Origin: a virus
Lineage: Duplodnaviria > Caudoviricetes
Direction: 5' to 3' (one strand)
Length of the DNA: 64,000 nt
Virus record (IMG/VR): IMGVR_UViG_2824317532_000002
Span: 24,871-88,870 of that record
The notes under the pieces: model-generated
What the model was told of the DNA's origin: nothing
Seen by the model: only the letters and a program-made list of their open reading frames with translations
Database searches by the model: none
Shown here: positions 18,379-26,377 of the stretch, piece after piece
Layout of the letters: each line of letters opens with the position of its first letter
Numbering within the stretch: the first letter of the stretch is position 1
Position numbers and translations under genes: made by a program

Positions 18379-18836
18379 TAGAAGGACTCCGGGTCGGTAT
18401 CGACGGTGTCGGGGGTCATCGGGACAGGCTCGGGTTGGTGCTTCTTCTTCACCCACGGAAGCCGGACGGCGGTGTAGCCGCGGGCGATGCTGGCGTTGCG
18501 GTAGCCGGACTCGATCACGCCGCAATCGGCCAGGGCATCGAGCAGCCGCTGATACTTCTCCCAGGTCATCGGCTTGTCGATGATTAGGTGGTTGTGCCCC
18601 TCGGTGCTGGAGGGGATTACCTGGACCGGCAGGTCGATGTCGAGCACGGGCTTGTGCAGTGGGCCGACAGCGGCCTCGACCGCCGGGTCGAGCGCCACCT
18701 TGGAGGTCATCACGTTGGCGTCATCGAGGGTGACGCCTTCGGTGGTGGGGCGGCTGTACTCCTCGCCGGTGTTGTGGTTGAAGTCGACGCGGCCATAGAG
18801 CTGACCGGCAAGCGGGGCCTGGAACGAGACGTTCAC
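18378..18836 (-). CDS. Conserved-looking actinophage hypothetical protein
   Basis: HKPVLDID...SSTEGHNHLIID...VRLPW. Confidence 0.65.
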   Translation of the reverse strand: MNVSFQAPLAGQLYGRVDFNHNTGEEYSRPTTEGVTLDDANVMTSKVALDPAVEAAVGPLHKPVLDIDLPVQVIPSSTEGHNHLIIDKPMTWEKYQRLLDALADCGVIESGYRNASIARGYTAVRLPWVKKKHQPEPVPMTPDTVDTDPESF

Positions 18837-19510
18837 GCGTACCGCCGGGGAGACAGGAGTTGCTCGCGCAGACGGCTAATGGCGGCGGCCGGGGTGATCC
18901 GGTCGATGCCGGAATCGATCGGGGCGAGCAGGTCGCGCAGGCCGCCGATGCCGGCCTCGTAGCGGTCGACGGCCTTCTTGTACTCGTTGCGCTGGTGCTT
19001 GGACTTCTCGACCGCGCTGAGGATGCCCTTGGCCTCGCCTGCGGTCATGGGCTGCTTCTCGTCAACCCGCTGGCCGAAGAGGCGGGCGATCTTGAGCAGG
19101 GCTTCGCGCTCGATGGGGGCCTTGGGCGGGACCGGCTGGTCCTCGATTTCGGCCAGCTCGGACTCCAGGTCGCGGACCTTGCGCTCCAGCTCGGCGATGC
19201 GGTTGCGCAGGGTAAGGCGTTCTGCGCGCTCGGCCGTATGCAGTGCGCTGATCGTGTCGCGGGACTTCTTTAGGGCGATCACGCCGTCGAGGGCGCGGCG
19301 CATGTTGCTCGGGGACCAGCGGTCGCCGCCGAGCGGGTTGGTGGACAGCTCGACGCCCAGCTCCCGCGCGACCGCGCCGACGATGACTCGGGCGGCGGCG
19401 CCGCGCTCGTTCTCCTGGTGGACGGCGTTCTCGGCCATGCCCTGGACTGCGCACAGGGCGGCCTTGGTGTTGTCGAGCTGCTTCATCAGCAGGTTCATCT
19501 CGGTAGTCAT
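18833..19510 (-). CDS. Coiled-coil hypothetical protein
   Basis: Heptad-rich LRNRIAELERKVRDLESEL; AGGAGG RBS. Confidence 0.6.
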   Translation of the reverse strand: MTTEMNLLMKQLDNTKAALCAVQGMAENAVHQENERGAAARVIVGAVARELGVELSTNPLGGDRWSPSNMRRALDGVIALKKSRDTISALHTAERAERLTLRNRIAELERKVRDLESELAEIEDQPVPPKAPIEREALLKIARLFGQRVDEKQPMTAGEAKGILSAVEKSKHQRNEYKKAVDRYEAGIGGLRDLLAPIDSGIDRITPAAAISRLREQLLSPRRYA

Positions 19511-19728
19511 GCGCGGACGTTCCTCCTGCTCATCCCGGTCAGGTGCCAGAGGCCGGCCGGGCATTCGTAGTGACGGTTCTCGACTCGCATTCCGCGGCGG
19601 GTGCCGGCCTTGTCGGCGGCGCGGCTACGGTGGGTCCGGGCCCTTCCGAGGGCCTTGCTGGCGTCGTGTTCGCAGGTGAACCCGCGCTTCTCGCACGTGT
19701 CGCACCAGGTGTGACTGACGGTCTTCAT
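19507..19728 (-). CDS. Small zinc-binding protein
   Basis: CDTCEKRGF...HYECPAGLWHLT. Confidence 0.65.
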   Translation of the reverse strand: MKTVSHTWCDTCEKRGFTCEHDASKALGRARTHRSRAADKAGTRRGMRVENRHYECPAGLWHLTGMSRRNVRA

Positions 19729-19744
19729 GGCTGCTGATCACTCG

Positions 19745-20176
19745 CTACTTTCGGAACTTGTCGCAGGGGCAGACTTCGAGCCCGCATCGGCCGCGGGCAG
19801 AACCGTCCATGAGGTGGGCCCATCCGGCATGTCCACAGTCGGGGTGCTGGCAGAAATCCTTGGCCCCCTTGCGGGAGCTGACGTTGCCGAGCAGGCGGCC
19901 GGTGCTGTTGAGGGTGACGACGGAGAACTCCCCGCCGAGCCCGCCGAGCTTCTCGCCCGTGCTGGTGGCGTCGATGACGCTGGCGAATGGGCCCCAGTTG
20001 AGGCCGAGCTGCCCCTTGCTGAATCGGTGAGAGAGGGCAACCCAGTCGCGCATGGCCATCAGGTCGGCCATGTCTTTGAGCAGGGCTTTCGCCATCTGCT
20101 CGGGGGTGTCGTAGTCGCCGGATTCGAGGATGCCGACTACGCGCTTGACCTCTTCGGCCCGGGGGGTGAATCGCAC
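19745..20176 (-). CDS. Hypothetical phage protein with C-terminal Cys/His cluster
   Basis: C-x3-DCGH...H...C...CPC; GGGAG RBS. Confidence 0.65.
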   Translation of the reverse strand: MRFTPRAEEVKRVVGILESGDYDTPEQMAKALLKDMADLMAMRDWVALSHRFSKGQLGLNWGPFASVIDATSTGEKLGGLGGEFSVVTLNSTGRLLGNVSSRKGAKDFCQHPDCGHAGWAHLMDGSARGRCGLEVCPCDKFRK

Positions 20177-20199
20177 TCACTGACTCCCAGGACTAGACT

Positions 20200-20817
20200 T
20201 CACACCTTGGCAACGCTGACGGGCTCCAGGTAGCGCGCGGCGACCGGCCAGCCGGTGGGGCGGGAGGACCAGGGGGACGCGTTGTCGAACACGACCATCC
20301 AGGTCGGTTCCAGGGCGCCAGGCTGCGGGCCGATGACCGTGCCGAAGCTGCCCGTCTTCACGCCGAAGATTTCACCGTTCACGATGAGGCGTACCCGCTG
20401 GTTGACGGTGATCTCGGGGCCGGCCTCCAGCGGGGCGACCTCGTCCGGCTTGAGCGGCATGACCAGGCCGTTGCCGTCTCGGACGTGCAGCATCTCGCCG
20501 TAGATCCGCTCGACCACGCAGACGGCTCCGGGGGTGATGGCGAGCGCGTAGTCGGCGGTGAGCACCTTGATCAGGTCGCCGAGCTTGTAGCCGTCCAGGT
20601 CGGCGAGGGACAGCTCGTCGTAGTTGGTGACGACGGCCGGCAAGTAGCAGGAGACGGCCGGGTCGAACATGCGGGCCTGGAGCACCTCGGACCACCATCC
20701 GCCGTTGCGCTCGCGGGTCCAGTGGTCGCCGTCCTTGTCGCGGATAACGGTTCCGACCGGTAGGGCGGCGAGTTGTTCGATGGCGGCGATCTCGCGGGTC
20801 AGCAGGTTGGTGCTCAC
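20200..20817 (-). CDS. Hypothetical phage protein (tandem SH3-like repeats)
   Basis: LPVGTVIRDKDGD, YKLGDLIKV, TVNQRVRL; GAGGAG RBS. Confidence 0.65.
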   Translation of the reverse strand: MSTNLLTREIAAIEQLAALPVGTVIRDKDGDHWTRERNGGWWSEVLQARMFDPAVSCYLPAVVTNYDELSLADLDGYKLGDLIKVLTADYALAITPGAVCVVERIYGEMLHVRDGNGLVMPLKPDEVAPLEAGPEITVNQRVRLIVNGEIFGVKTGSFGTVIGPQPGALEPTWMVVFDNASPWSSRPTGWPVAARYLEPVSVAKV

Positions 20818-20848
20818 TGGCTCTCCTCGGTGTGCGTCGTGCTTGCGA

Positions 20849-20882
20849 GGACAAGACTACACACCGATGCCGCCCGTGTTAA
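20849..20882 (-). promoter_or_regulatory. Promoter TTAACA-N17-TAGTCT overlapped by the operator motif
   Basis: Minus strand TTAACAcgggcggcatcggtgtgTAGTCTtgtcc. Confidence 0.55.
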
Positions 20883-20889
20883 GTCTTAA

Positions 20890-21282
20890 CTAGGTGCTGG
20901 GGGCCACATTCTTGCGAGGGTCCTGGCGGTCGTCGTACAGGGCCCGCATCTCCTCGCTCGCGCCCCACTCCAACATGGCGAACGCGTGCCAGGCCACGGC
21001 CACAAGGTGCGGCTGCCCGGTCTCCGCGTCCATGTCCTCGCCAGCCCAGAACGCCCAAGCGTGGCGCTGCATCGCGGCGAACGAGGAGGACCAGGGGTAG
21101 CCCTTGCGCCAGTTGTCGACCTCGCCGGCCCCGCTCGGGTACTTCTCGGGGCCGATGCCGTACCTCTCGGCCAGCAGGCGCAGCGGGCCAGATGGGATCA
21201 GGTCGTAGCGGGCTCGCTTAACGTCCTTGGCGCCGCCCGTCTCGCTGACGGGGCGCGTTACCTGCGGTTTGTCCGGGGTCAC
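20890..21282 (-). CDS. dATP/dGTP diphosphohydrolase N-terminal domain protein (DUF5664)
   Basis: GGAKD..RYDLIP..L...YGIG.EKY..DNWRKG....AMQRH..AFWAGED.D.ETGQPHL..VAWHA. Confidence 0.85.
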   Translation of the reverse strand: MTPDKPQVTRPVSETGGAKDVKRARYDLIPSGPLRLLAERYGIGPEKYPSGAGEVDNWRKGYPWSSSFAAMQRHAWAFWAGEDMDAETGQPHLVAVAWHAFAMLEWGASEEMRALYDDRQDPRKNVAPST

Positions 21283-21425
21283 TCGGCGGCTCCTTGTCTC
21301 GTTTCCATCTGGCTTCCAACTCCGCCCGAATCTCGGCGGCCCGCTCGATAGGGAACACTCCCGGGCGCGGGCCGAACGCGCCGGGCCTACGTTCTGGCTG
21401 CTTCTCGCTGGTCATGTCCTCGACG

Positions 21426-21725
21426 CTACGCCGTGGCGGGGCCGGTCAGAATGGCCTCCCACATCACCGGGCTACGCAGCCGCTGGCCGGCGCCCACCTT
21501 TGCGCGCACCGCGTCGCGGGGCACGATGCGCCGGTTGAACCGGGAGGCGCGGTCGACCTGGCCGGGCTGGCGGCCGTGGTCCGCGGCGAGGAACTTGACG
21601 TACACCCACTCACCGGTGATCAGCTCGACCCGGCAGCGGCTGAGTGTGTCGTCATCGTTCACCCAGTAGGCCAGGTCGCCCGCCTCGACGATCCAGCGCC
21701 GTTGGTCGGTTATGAACGTCGCCAT
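21426..21725 (-). CDS. Hypothetical phage protein
   Basis: GGAG RBS, ATG start. Confidence 0.55.
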   Translation of the reverse strand: MATFITDQRRWIVEAGDLAYWVNDDDTLSRCRVELITGEWVYVKFLAADHGRQPGQVDRASRFNRRIVPRDAVRAKVGAGQRLRSPVMWEAILTGPATA

Positions 21726-21772
21726 GCTGTCAGTCTCCGTCGTTAAGCGCCGCCTTGGGCGCGGAATTCCGT

Positions 21773-22177
21773 CTATGCCGCTGACTCGCGGTCGAGCACT
21801 GATACCCAGGTGGGGGACACGTCGAGCAACGCGGCGACATCGCGCACGGTCAGCTTCATGCTCCTCAGCCTGGCCACGGCTTGCCGGGTCTGCTGGTCGG
21901 CCTGTCGCTGAGCCTCGGCCGCAGCGTCCTTGGCCGCTTTCACGCCGGCCACCACGTTCGCGACCTGCCCGGACGGGGTGATGGTCACCGCGAAGCTGTC
22001 CGCCGGTACGTCGAGCAGGAGAGAGAGCATGTCCCGCACCATCGGCTCAACGTCGGCTAGCTTGCGCGCCTGCGTGTACGCCATGTCCACGCCGGGGACC
22101 TCGACGAACCACCAGTCCCCGGACCTTCTCACCCGCGCCTCGTAGGTCTTCACCGCTCGAAGCTCCCTCGTGCTCAT
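21773..22177 (-). CDS. hicB: HicB-like antitoxin with C-terminal HTH
   Basis: YEARVRRSGDWWFVEVPGVDMAYTQARKL.DVEPMVRD...LTVRDVAALLDVS. Confidence 0.85.
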   Translation of the reverse strand: MSTRELRAVKTYEARVRRSGDWWFVEVPGVDMAYTQARKLADVEPMVRDMLSLLLDVPADSFAVTITPSGQVANVVAGVKAAKDAAAEAQRQADQQTRQAVARLRSMKLTVRDVAALLDVSPTWVSVLDRESAA

Positions 22178-22362
22178 TTGTCCACCCCTCGCAGGATCGC
22201 TCGCGCTGTCATCTCGTTGATCTCGGCGTGCCGGGGGATAACCACATTGCGCCCGTTGTACCGGTACACGCTGTGACTTCCTCCCTCTCGCACGAACTCG
22301 AACGCCGCACCCTGCTCCTTGGCCTTGCGCTCCAGGGAGGCTATCAGTTCTCGCCGCTTCAC
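22174..22362 (-). CDS. hicA: HicA-family mRNA interferase toxin
   Basis: MKRRELIASL...FVREGGSHSVY....VVIPRHAEINEMTARAILR. Confidence 0.9.
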   Translation of the reverse strand: MKRRELIASLERKAKEQGAAFEFVREGGSHSVYRYNGRNVVIPRHAEINEMTARAILRGVDK

Positions 22363-22368
22363 ATGTTT

Positions 22369-22397
22369 AGTCTATTCTACTGGACGGATCTTGTAAA
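22369..22397 (-). promoter_or_regulatory. hicAB promoter TTTACA-N17-TAGACT, probably leaderless
   Basis: Minus strand TTTACAagatccgtccagtagaaTAGACTaaacatGTG. Confidence 0.7.
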
Positions 22398-22412
22398 GTT
22401 GAGTGCACAGCC

Positions 22413-22817
22413 TCAGTGCACAACGTCGATCAGCGGGACGGTCTCAACCTTGCGGGTGCGCGGCTTGGGCTTCCTGAACGCATGCCGCACCTTCTCGCGG
22501 CACCACTGCCAGTGCTTGACGTGCATCTCGTGGTGGCGCTCGTTGGGCTCGCGGGCCTCCCAATCCTCGACGTCCCGCACAGTCCGCTTGAACGCCAGCT
22601 CGACGCCTTGGGTGCCGTGCCTGGCCAGAACCATCTTGACCGTCTCCCGGACCACGTAGATCCGGTTGTGGTCACGCGAGTGGTACGGCATCTGGTCGAT
22701 ACGGGACGCCCAATGCGTCGCCAGGTACAGCGCCTTCGCGTAGTCGTCGGGCTCCAGGCGGTGCTCGACCTTGCAGGGCATGAGCGACCGGGCCAGCTCG
22801 GACAGGTGGCGGATCAT
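22413..22817 (-). CDS. Hypothetical phage protein
   Basis: GAGGAG RBS. Confidence 0.55.
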   Translation of the reverse strand: MIRHLSELARSLMPCKVEHRLEPDDYAKALYLATHWASRIDQMPYHSRDHNRIYVVRETVKMVLARHGTQGVELAFKRTVRDVEDWEAREPNERHHEMHVKHWQWCREKVRHAFRKPKPRTRKVETVPLIDVVH

Positions 22818-22863
22818 CGGGTCATGTCTCCTCTGTCGATGGTGCGGGGAAGTGGCGTGATCA

Positions 22864-24261
22864 CTAGGCGGGTTGAGCAACCGCCTCCCCCAGAGCCTCG
22901 GCGACGACCTTGAGCACTGGCTCCCACGAGTCGACGGCGTGCCCGGCCGCCAGGACTACGTTCACGGTTCGGCTCCTCGATGGCGTGGTCACTTGGAAGG
23001 CGGCCCCCAGCGACTGGCGGGCGGTATTCAAGGCCACGCGCACCTCCGTGCCGAGCGCCCGCGTGGGGCTACCGATCCGCAGGTCGAACGTGAAGCCGTC
23101 GACCTCGCCCCGACCGGCCACGCTCACCGTGTTCAGTCGCGCCACCGGCTCCGGGGTCGACGCCTTGCGCTGGTCCGGCACCGTCGACTTCTTCGGGCCG
23201 GGCATCGCAGGCTTCGGCGGGACGGTCATCTTCCCCGCCTTCGGCTTGGGGGCCGCCTTCGGTTTCGCGGCCGGCTTGGACCTGGTCGAGACTTCGGCCT
23301 TGGACGCCTCGGCCAGGTGGCGTGTTGCGAACCACGTCACCTGGCTCAGGATCTGACTTTCGGCCAGCTCGCGATCGAAGTCCTTGCAGGAGCACTTCCA
23401 GTGGTACAGCGGGACGTAGGTCAGGGCTCCGGCGTCGTCGTAGCCGGATACGGCCAGGCTCTGAGTCATGACCAGCTTGTGACCCGGGATCGGCTCGAAC
23501 TTCGGCAGAACCTCGCGGGCAGGCTTCGCGGGCGTCGGCTCGGTCCCGGCAGCCTGCTGCGTCTCCACGAGGTGGCCGTGGCTCATCAGGTGCCGGGCAG
23601 CCTGCCGGGCGGCCTGGCCTGCGTAGTACACGGTCTCGCGCTCCTGCGCCTTCGCGCCGCATTCGCACCGCCAGGTATGCCCGTCTGCCCAGTCGTTGAA
23701 CTGGATCCCGCCGAAGACTTCGACCCGGTGCCCCGGCTCAATACGGAGCTTCCAAATCCTGTTCTCGCCAGCGGGCAGACCGCAACTGGCGTCGTCTGCG
23801 ATTTCAGCGAAAGCCTCAGTCTCCGTGACATACACGGGCACGGGGTAGCACCCGGCGATCACCGCTTCGGGGTCGAGGTCATGGCGCAGCTTTGCCCACA
23901 CCTCAGTCACGACGGTGACCGGCTCGGGTTCCGACTCGGCCGACATGACCTCCAGACCGGGCAGGGCCTCCGGCTCGACCGGCTCGACCGGCTCGACCGG
24001 CGCGGCTGGCGCGGCTGGGGCCCGCTGGCCCATTTGCCGGATGTACCGCGCGGTGTCGAATTCGATTCCGATACCGGCCGCCCACGCTCCAGCCTCAGTG
24101 GTCACGTACTGGCCGGATTCTTCGGCCTCGATCCACTCGGCGACAATGCACGCCGCGATGGTGGAGTCGCGCGGTCGGGTCAGCTTGGCGCTCTCGTGTC
24201 CGGCGTACCGCAGGATCGCGTTTCGCTGCGCCGGGGTCGGCTTCCTGGCGATCGTTCCCAT
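22864..24261 (-). CDS. Large multidomain hypothetical protein with two WxCxC...RHL modules
   Basis: 465-aa ORF, AAGGGA RBS, PVE repeats, Lys/Pro linker. Confidence 0.65.
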   Translation of the reverse strand: MGTIARKPTPAQRNAILRYAGHESAKLTRPRDSTIAACIVAEWIEAEESGQYVTTEAGAWAAGIGIEFDTARYIRQMGQRAPAAPAAPVEPVEPVEPEALPGLEVMSAESEPEPVTVVTEVWAKLRHDLDPEAVIAGCYPVPVYVTETEAFAEIADDASCGLPAGENRIWKLRIEPGHRVEVFGGIQFNDWADGHTWRCECGAKAQERETVYYAGQAARQAARHLMSHGHLVETQQAAGTEPTPAKPAREVLPKFEPIPGHKLVMTQSLAVSGYDDAGALTYVPLYHWKCSCKDFDRELAESQILSQVTWFATRHLAEASKAEVSTRSKPAAKPKAAPKPKAGKMTVPPKPAMPGPKKSTVPDQRKASTPEPVARLNTVSVAGRGEVDGFTFDLRIGSPTRALGTEVRVALNTARQSLGAAFQVTTPSRSRTVNVVLAAGHAVDSWEPVLKVVAEALGEAVAQPA

Positions 24262-24289
24262 GGCGGATCCCTTCATCATGACTAAACAC

Positions 24290-24613
24290 CTACTCCTTGC
24301 GAGTGCGCTCTTCCGCGCACACCTCGCGCCACTGCTCGATAACCTGGCCACGCAGGATCGTCAGGCCGGAAACCATGTCGTCGAGCGTGTCGATCAAGTG
24401 GCTCAGCGCGTCTGATCGGTTCTCCGGGTACTCGCCCGCCTCCCTGGCGCGCAGTGTCGCGTTCTCGCCAGGCTTGCGGTCCGGCGGCGACACGTACACC
24501 GTGCCCGACACATCCCAGATGCCCTGGAGCGTCGCCGCGCCAGCACGGACCGCGCGCAGGACTTTCAGGATGTGGCGACGACTCGCGGCACGCGGGCTAC
24601 CGGAACGGCTCAC
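24290..24613 (-). CDS. Hypothetical phage protein
   Basis: GTGA-coupled ORF. Confidence 0.55.
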   Translation of the reverse strand: MSRSGSPRAASRRHILKVLRAVRAGAATLQGIWDVSGTVYVSPPDRKPGENATLRAREAGEYPENRSDALSHLIDTLDDMVSGLTILRGQVIEQWREVCAEERTRKE

Positions 24614-24966
24614 CGGGTCACGCCCACGGCGTCAGCGATCACGAGCAGGTCATCGGCCGTACGGTGGTCGAGCCAGACGACGCTGTACGCCAAACCCAGG
24701 TCATGCGTGCAGTCACCGTCAAGGCGCGACGGACCGTAGACGGTACCCTCACGGTCGCGCTCCACCATGAGATCAATCTCCAGCGCGGCCGGAGCGCATG
24801 ACTGCGGACCTTCCGGGTCTTCCGGATTGTTCGGCATCCATGCCAGTTCGCCGCGCTCCAGCTCGGCACGCAAGTACTCCCACGCCTCACGGGCAGTGTC
24901 GAATACCGGCGGCTCGTCATCCATCGGCAGGTAGCCAGGGATGTTCACGTAGGCAGTAAATGACAT
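24610..24966 (-). CDS. Hypothetical acidic phage protein
   Basis: NIPGYLPMDDEPPVFDTAREAW; GAGAGGG RBS. Confidence 0.7.
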   Translation of the reverse strand: MSFTAYVNIPGYLPMDDEPPVFDTAREAWEYLRAELERGELAWMPNNPEDPEGPQSCAPAALEIDLMVERDREGTVYGPSRLDGDCTHDLGLAYSVVWLDHRTADDLLVIADAVGVTR

Positions 24967-24995
24967 TGCATTCCCTCTCTGCGGGCATTCTTACG

Positions 24996-25048
24996 TGCCC
25001 CGGGCAGGGATCGAACCTGCATTCGCACGCCTGTTGTGCGCCCGGGGC
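24996..25048 (-). ncRNA. D-armless tRNA-like minihelix
   Basis: GCCCCGG-G-CGCAC(AACAGGC)GTGCG-AAT-GCAGG(TTCGATC)CCTGC-CCGGGGC-A: 7-bp acceptor stem plus canonical T-arm. Confidence 0.7.
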
Positions 25049-25053
25049 CAACA

Positions 25054-25413
25054 TCAGTTGTCGAGCAGCAAATCGGTCATGTCATCGGGCTCCGGCAGGT
25101 AGTGCGCGCCAAGCGCATCGCGCGTGTCGGCACTAGACAGGCTCAGCGCGTCCGTAAGGATGGCCTTCCACCACTCATCCATCGGCGCTTCTTCCAGCCA
25201 TTCCGAGAGCAGGTTCGCGACCGCGATTCCAACCACGCGCACGCAGTCGGAATAGTCGGCACCGTGCGCATAGGCCGCCCGGTATGCATCCTGGCTCGGC
25301 GGGACTGATCCCATGTCGTTAACGATTGCCTCCTGCGCGGCTTCCGTGATCGCGTAGTAGCGCGCGAAGTCATTGTTGTCAGCGATAAGTGTCACGGCGT
25401 CAATGAGACTCAT
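25054..25413 (-). CDS. Hypothetical acidic phage protein
   Basis: GAGGA RBS; flanked by structured gaps. Confidence 0.65.
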   Translation of the reverse strand: MSLIDAVTLIADNNDFARYYAITEAAQEAIVNDMGSVPPSQDAYRAAYAHGADYSDCVRVVGIAVANLLSEWLEEAPMDEWWKAILTDALSLSSADTRDALGAHYLPEPDDMTDLLLDN

Positions 25414-25473
25414 TGGGGTTTCCTCTCAGCATTGCCCACGGAATGCAGGCAGGGGGGTGAAGGCGAATTCGGA

Positions 25474-25845
25474 TCAGTACTGCGGAAGGTCTTTCCAGCC
25501 GTCCACATCTTTGCCGCCGTCCGTGACGAAACGGTGTTCCAGGTAAGCGAGCATCGCCGTGCGAATCGCAAGGTCCGATTCGGTAGGGTCGCCATGCGGA
25601 GAATCCATCCACCAGCCAAAGAGGGATTCGTCCATGTAATCCACTGGCGTTGCGAATTGATCCTCAGCGTGGTTGAAGTCGTATGGGAAGGCAAAGTTTC
25701 CTGTGCTGTCAAACCAGCAGGAAGCCCAGTTCCACGTGTAGGCGTGCGCGAACTGGCGCGCGGCGCGATCGGAAATGATGGCGTCATTCGCGTTAGCCTC
25801 GCGAGCCTCAGCCAGCGACCAGCTACTCACGTGCGCATTTCCCAT
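25474..25845 (-). CDS. Hypothetical phage protein
   Basis: IISDRAARQFAHAY; aromatic/acidic. Confidence 0.65.
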   Translation of the reverse strand: MGNAHVSSWSLAEAREANANDAIISDRAARQFAHAYTWNWASCWFDSTGNFAFPYDFNHAEDQFATPVDYMDESLFGWWMDSPHGDPTESDLAIRTAMLAYLEHRFVTDGGKDVDGWKDLPQY

Positions 25846-25876
25846 TAGGCCGTTCCGTTCTCTCGGTATTGCGGAG

Positions 25877-25924
25877 TGCCGTACCGGGCCATGACACCCG
25901 TGCCCGCCTACGCGGGAGTACGGC
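25877..25924 (-). ncRNA. Second tRNA-like three-way junction
   Basis: GCCGTAC-T-CCCGC(GTAG)GCGGG-CA-CGGGT(GTCATG)GCCCG-GTACGGC-A. Confidence 0.5.
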
Positions 25925-25930
25925 CGTGAA

Positions 25931-26308
25931 TCATTCGCGCGACATCTGAGCGGAGTAGTTCAGGAACGTTTGGCCAGACATGCCCGTGCCGTACCGGCTG
26001 GCGCAGTTCGGGCAGAGGTAGTAGCCATCGGCCGGAACGCTGTCGATGAACACGCGCGCCGGAATGGTGCGGAACCGTGCCGTGTCCATGTGGCAAATGA
26101 GGCACAGCTCGCCGCGCTCACCGCTCTTCGCATAGAACGCCAGCGTTTCCACCAGGGTCCATGCCGCACGATGAGCCTCTTCGCAGGTCCACAGGTACGC
26201 GTTCCGGTCCTGGGGCAGGCCCGTCTCGTCGGCCTTCCGCGCAGCTCTACTGATCTTGAGATCCCAGAGGTCCCGTAGGTCAACAATCAAACGCAATTCA
26301 GGGGTCAT
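25931..26308 (-). CDS. Hypothetical zinc-binding phage protein
   Basis: CLICH...LCPNC; GGAG RBS. Confidence 0.6.
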   Translation of the reverse strand: MTPELRLIVDLRDLWDLKISRAARKADETGLPQDRNAYLWTCEEAHRAAWTLVETLAFYAKSGERGELCLICHMDTARFRTIPARVFIDSVPADGYYLCPNCASRYGTGMSGQTFLNYSAQMSRE

Positions 26309-26377
26309 GGTAAGACTCCATTTCGTGAGGGAGGAATTGCAGGGGGAAGTGCCTCGGATCTCAGTCCGTGAGTGGCA

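Noticed and set aside
20890-21282. dZ (2-aminoadenine) or 7-deazaguanine genome modification suggested by DUF5664
   Set aside because: No PurZ, Que/Dpd genes or dedicated polymerase seen in the window
24996-25048. Functional tRNA-Leu(CAG)
   Set aside because: No D-arm, no U33, no CCA, only 53 nt; kept as a tRNA-like element
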